This document shows positions 60,107 through 64,000 of a DNA stretch of 64,000 nt, in pieces. The DNA comes from Nitrosopumilus sp. (lineage in GTDB: Archaea; Thermoproteota; Nitrososphaeria; Nitrososphaerales; Nitrosopumilaceae), in assembly GCA_965205425.1 (NCBI GenBank), contig CBDBGZ010000009.1:96001-160000 (forward strand), in the 5' to 3' direction. The notes under the pieces are model-generated. The model was not told the origin of the DNA. It saw only the letters and a program-made list of their open reading frames with translations, and searched no databases. The position numbers and the translations under genes are program-made. Every line of letters begins with the position of its first letter. Positions within the stretch are counted from its first letter, which is position 1.

Positions 60107-61188
60107 TAGCGAAAAGATAAAGTTCGTGAACTAAATTATTCCAAAACAAAAAACTTTTTGATCACTATGTATGGTAAAATTTGATGAACAAGTTAGAATC
60201 ACTTGAAAGCAGCATACAAAAAAAACTCCAAGGTTGCAGTAAGGATGCTTGCAGTGTTGATGATTCTAAAGGATGGAAAGGACATACAGTGCACTGCAAA
60301 GACATTACACCACTGCACAAGCTGGGTGAGAAAATGGACGAGTCGTTTTGAGATAGATGGCCTCTACGACCACCCAAGAAGTGGCAGGCCAAGAACAATC
60401 TCCCAGACTCGAATGGATGCTATCATGTCAAAAGCAATGCTAACTTTGTTTACCCCCATAATGTTGCAACAAAGTATCTTTTATTCCACTGGAGTAAAAT
60501 TTCACATAACCCACATCAGAAAGATAATGCACCAATACGGCATGTCTGCAAAAACTGCACAAAAATATCACATCAACCATGCAAGTATATCTGCTGTGAG
60601 AAGCTGGCAACAACGCATCAAAAAGAGAATTTCACGCCTAAAAAAGAAAGGATTTGTAATTGCAATGGCTGATGAAGCATTCTTTGTAAGGGATACAAAA
60701 ACAGGAAAAAAGTACTGGTCACCAGTTGCCAAGAGAATATTTCTTCCATATACAGGACGACATGAGAGTCTGGCAGTGTATGGTACAATTACAGAAAATG
60801 GTGATCAACTATTCAGAGTTTATGACAAATTCAATGCTGTAACATTTGTAGAATATCTAAAAGAGTTACATTGGAAATATGGCAAGATTGCAATATGCTA
60901 GACTGAGCATCAGTTCACAAATCAAAAAAAGTAAAAGAATATCTTGCAAACAATAGAGATGTCAAACTAATATGGTTGCCAAAAGGATCACCATACTTGA
61001 AGAACATGATAGAACAGTCCTGGAAGATAAGCAAGTATGCGTTGTTGGTATCAGAATATTGTGCAATGTTTACGATGATGAATGATGCAGTGTCAAAATA
61101 TTTTAGAGTAACAAGATTCAAGCTTGATGTTGCAAATTATATCTTTAGAAATCCTGCAAAGATGTTTGCGAACTTTTGATCGTCGCTA
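60107..61188 (+). mobile_element. Degenerate IS630-family insertion sequence
   Basis: TA duplication (60105-60106, 61189-61190); IRs TAGCGAAAAGATAAAGTTCG / CGAACTTTTGATCGTCGCTA. Confidence 0.88.
60171..61179 (+). pseudogene. IS630 transposase pseudogene
   Basis: PRSGRP, ADEA, LD*ASVH, LPKGSPYL..IE..W; frameshifts near 60200 and 60895, plus an in-frame TGA. Confidence 0.85.
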
Positions 61189-61341
61189 TACAATGAACAA
61201 AACATGATAAGATCCTTAGCTTTTTCTATTTGAATAATTTGAGAATTGACTCAAAAATTAGAATTAGTTATGCCCATGTCTCATTTATATCAAATTTTTT
61301 ATGATTGGGGTTTAATTCCATTGTTACCTAAAAATCCAAAC

Positions 61342-61698
61342 TTAGTTAGTCATTACCTGTAATAATTCACTTAGTTGAACTGGTTTTTTAAGAAAAGTTA
61401 CAATACCTTCTTTTTTTGTAATAGTTTCAATATCAACATTCGAAATTGAAGACACAGTTAAAATGATGATTTTATTATTTTGAAGCGAATCATCTTTTTC
61501 CAGAGATTCAATTACATCAAGACCTCCAAATTCAGGCATCGACATATCTAAAATCACATAATCAAAAGTTTGATTTTTTATTAAATTAAGAGCATTAGAA
61601 CCACTATTAGAAATTACACATTCATAACCCTTCAATGAAAGATATTTTGAGAACATTTCGGTGATGTCAACATTGTCATCAACAACTAAAACTTTCAT
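61342..61698 (-). CDS. Stand-alone response regulator receiver
   Basis: VLVVDD, LDMSMP, ILT, KKPV. Confidence 0.93.
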   Translation of the reverse strand: MKVLVVDDNVDITEMFSKYLSLKGYECVISNSGSNALNLIKNQTFDYVILDMSMPEFGGLDVIESLEKDDSLQNNKIIILTVSSISNVDIETITKKEGIVTFLKKPVQLSELLQVMTN

Positions 61699-61912
61699 GA
61701 TAAGTATTAGGTTGTAGTTATTTGTAATCGATAGTGTGTAACATAAGTTACGGACACATGATATTAGTGTAATATTCTAATCATATGGTATGAAAATACG
61801 TCTAAAAGGAACCTAACAGATTATTATGAATAATTAGAAGTCGTTTTTAGTAAATTTTGTCTTAAAACACAACAATAATGATTAAAATATCATCTTTTTA
61901 CAGCCTAAGAAG

Positions 61913-62287
61913 ATGTCAAAGAAAGATTTTGAAAAAATTTGTGATAATATTGCCACAATTAGTCCATTCATCAGATTTGTAGGCGTAATAGGAGAAAGTG
62001 GAAATTTGCTAGCATACAAAAGAAGGCCAGATTTAGTGCCGCTTCTAAATGAAAAGAATACTCAGTATCAATTTTCACACATTGCGATAAAGACAGATTT
62101 GGAGGGCTTTTTTGACAAGAATTTAGGAGGGATAGAATTTGTGTGGGAAGAGCGAAAAAAAGTGCAGACTATTTCATTTGCTATCAAAAAATCAAGGGTG
62201 TGGATTTCAATTGATAAAAAAGTGATCAGATCAGAAATGCTTCGAATTATAGATTCGTGTTTACCCATAGTAAAAAAATATTCCTGA
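61913..62287 (+). CDS. Thaumarchaeal DUF6659/roadblock-like protein
   Basis: C..I...SPFIRFVGVI...G...R..L.PLL; resembles 59715-60086. Confidence 0.7.
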   Translation: MSKKDFEKICDNIATISPFIRFVGVIGESGNLLAYKRRPDLVPLLNEKNTQYQFSHIAIKTDLEGFFDKNLGGIEFVWEERKKVQTISFAIKKSRVWISIDKKVIRSEMLRIIDSCLPIVKKYS

Positions 62288-62291
62288 TACG

Positions 62292-62411
62292 TTGAAGTGC
62301 CCCTATTGTGAAATCAATTTGGATTCACTTAGTATGACTGATGGATTAAAGCACATATTAAAACATAAAAAAAGAAATACAAAATTAAAATATTTGAGTA
62401 TTTTTTATTAA
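62292..62411 (+). CDS. 39-aa C2H2-like microprotein (not in ORF track)
   Basis: TTG start: MKCPYC...GLKHILKH. Confidence 0.45.
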   Translation: MKCPYCEINLDSLSMTDGLKHILKHKKRNTKLKYLSIFY

Positions 62412-62417
62412 AAAATA

Positions 62418-62705
62418 ATGATAGAATCAGATGAAATTCAAAAATTAATTGACGAAATAAGTTTTAGAAAATCAAATACAAAGAATTTTGAAAATATGAA
62501 AGCAGAAGAAATCAGTAAAGAATTAAGAGAAATAATGAAATTTGAACAAGAGTCATTTAAAAAAATTGAAGAGTTTGAAAAAACTCAGAAAAATACAGAT
62601 TTGATTCAATACGCAAAAATGATTTCAAGAAATACTACAGGTAGAGAAATTGCAACATTACAAGAAATATACTTAAAAAAAATTGATGAAGAATATCTTA
62701 ATTAA
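62418..62705 (+). CDS. Hypothetical protein
   Basis: 95-aa helical ORF. Confidence 0.7.
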   Translation: MIESDEIQKLIDEISFRKSNTKNFENMKAEEISKELREIMKFEQESFKKIEEFEKTQKNTDLIQYAKMISRNTTGREIATLQEIYLKKIDEEYLN

Positions 62706-62713
62706 AAATAAAT

Positions 62714-63652
62714 TTATTTTTCATCTTCATATAACCAACACCGTACATATCCTGTTTCAGTTTTAAATTTAGGTGGAAGCTTTTTACATTTTTCTATTGC
62801 TAATGGACATCTTTCAATAAATCTACATTGTGTAGGAGCATCAAGTAAGCTTGGAGGAATACCTTTGATGTATTTTGGAGTGTTTCCTTTTAGAGTAGGA
62901 ATAGATTCTAAAAGACCTTGAGTGTATGGATGTTTTGGATTCTTGTAAATTTGTTCTGAAGAACCAAATTCTACCATTTGCCCACCATACATGATACCAA
63001 TGTTATCTGCAATTTCAGATAAAACAGCTAAATCGTGCGTAATTAACATGAAAGACATTCCATCTTTTTTAAGAGATTTTAATAAATTGATAATTTGTGC
63101 TTGAATTAAAACATCTAATGCAGTAGTTGGCTCATCTGCAATTACAAATTTTGGTTTGAGTAGTAATGCCATTGCAATGATAACTCTTTGTTTCATCCCA
63201 CCACTAAGTTCATGAGGGTATTTTTTTAATACATGCTCATCTAAACTGACAGAGTTTATTGCATCTAAAATTATTTTTTCAACATTACCTTCAAAATTAT
63301 GTTGTTTTAGAATTTCGAGGAATTGTTCATTGATTGTAAATACAGGATCCAATGAATTCATTGCACCCTGGAAGATCATAGAAATTTTTTTCCATCTAAA
63401 TTGATTTTCAAAATCAGATTCACCCATATCTAAAATTGAATTATCGTCAAATGTGATCTTTCCATGAGCAGTACCACCAGAAAGCATTCGGATCATAGAT
63501 AATCCCAGTGTACTTTTTCCACAAGCACTTTCACCAGCAATACCTATTGACTCACCATGATCTAATTCAAAATCAACGTCATCTACAGCATATACTGGGC
63601 CCTTTGATGAAGAATATCTTGAGGATAGTCCATCAACAACAAGAAATGTCAT
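62714..63652 (-). CDS. Peptide/nickel ABC transporter ATP-binding subunit (OppD/DppD type)
   Basis: GESACGKST, LSGGMKQR, ADEPTTALD, HPYTQGL. Confidence 0.95.
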   Translation of the reverse strand: MTFLVVDGLSSRYSSSKGPVYAVDDVDFELDHGESIGIAGESACGKSTLGLSMIRMLSGGTAHGKITFDDNSILDMGESDFENQFRWKKISMIFQGAMNSLDPVFTINEQFLEILKQHNFEGNVEKIILDAINSVSLDEHVLKKYPHELSGGMKQRVIIAMALLLKPKFVIADEPTTALDVLIQAQIINLLKSLKKDGMSFMLITHDLAVLSEIADNIGIMYGGQMVEFGSSEQIYKNPKHPYTQGLLESIPTLKGNTPKYIKGIPPSLLDAPTQCRFIERCPLAIEKCKKLPPKFKTETGYVRCWLYEDEK

Positions 63653-63733
63653 GATTCTTTTAGATCCAACCTAGGATTTTTGTTTTGCACTAAGGGATAT
63701 AAACAACATTATCAGAATGAAAAAGTCGTTCAA

Positions 63734-64000
63734 ATGAAATTACCAATTTGTGGCTTTGATGCAAAAAATGCAATATTATGTCCTCAATGTGAGAGTAAAG
63801 TAGAATCAGGGGAATTAACAAAAGCAGATGTTGTAGCATCAATGAATCTTGCAGATATTGCAAAGTCAGTGAAAGAAATTGATAATTTTACGCTATATTC
63901 ATGTAAAGAATTTGATGGGAATTTTGTATTATCATTGGCAAAAAATGATATTATGATTATTCGACAGAGCCGTACTATATACAGAACATTACAAGATAAA
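63734..64000 (+). CDS. Archaeal NusA-like KH protein with N-terminal Cys motif (3' end runs off the window)
   Basis: MKLPIC.FDAK...LCPQC...G.L...DV N-terminus. Confidence 0.7.
   Translation, partial: MKLPICGFDAKNAILCPQCESKVESGELTKADVVASMNLADIAKSVKEIDNFTLYSCKEFDGNFVLSLAKNDIMIIRQSRTIYRTLQDK

Noticed and set aside
1372..62268. Many 60-150 aa ORFs antisense to or nested in identified genes
   Set aside because: Shadow frames with no motifs

Overview
AT-rich archaeal chromosome segment. The gene content (TBP, TFB, SUI1, Sec61beta, class I LysRS, Elp3, Tsr3, cofC/D/G/H, geranylgeranyl reductase, many small zinc-finger proteins, lysine-rich histone H1-like protein) points to a Nitrosopumilus-like ammonia-oxidising thaumarchaeon; the taxonomy is inferred. 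Most of the window is core genome, including RNase P RNA and tRNA-Pro(TGG). It carries four IS elements: two near-identical intact IS481-family copies, one degenerate IS481 and one degenerate IS630. All three IS481 elements have 15-bp target duplications. The most notable unannotated signals are: (1) a 33-bp GC-rich insert flanked by an exact 37-bp duplication inside the dead IS481, a geometry like a single CRISPR-type spacer integration; (2) a 79-nt multi-stem RNA candidate with its own TATA box upstream of a tRNA-binding protein gene; (3) a box C/D guide RNA candidate directly behind tRNA-Pro; (4) a head-to-head deletion scar joining a histidine-kinase 3' end to a SHOCT 3' end; (5) a perfect palindrome over the start of a wHTH regulator; (6) about a dozen small ORFs missed by the ORF track. 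No CRISPR array, cas gene or defence island was found.
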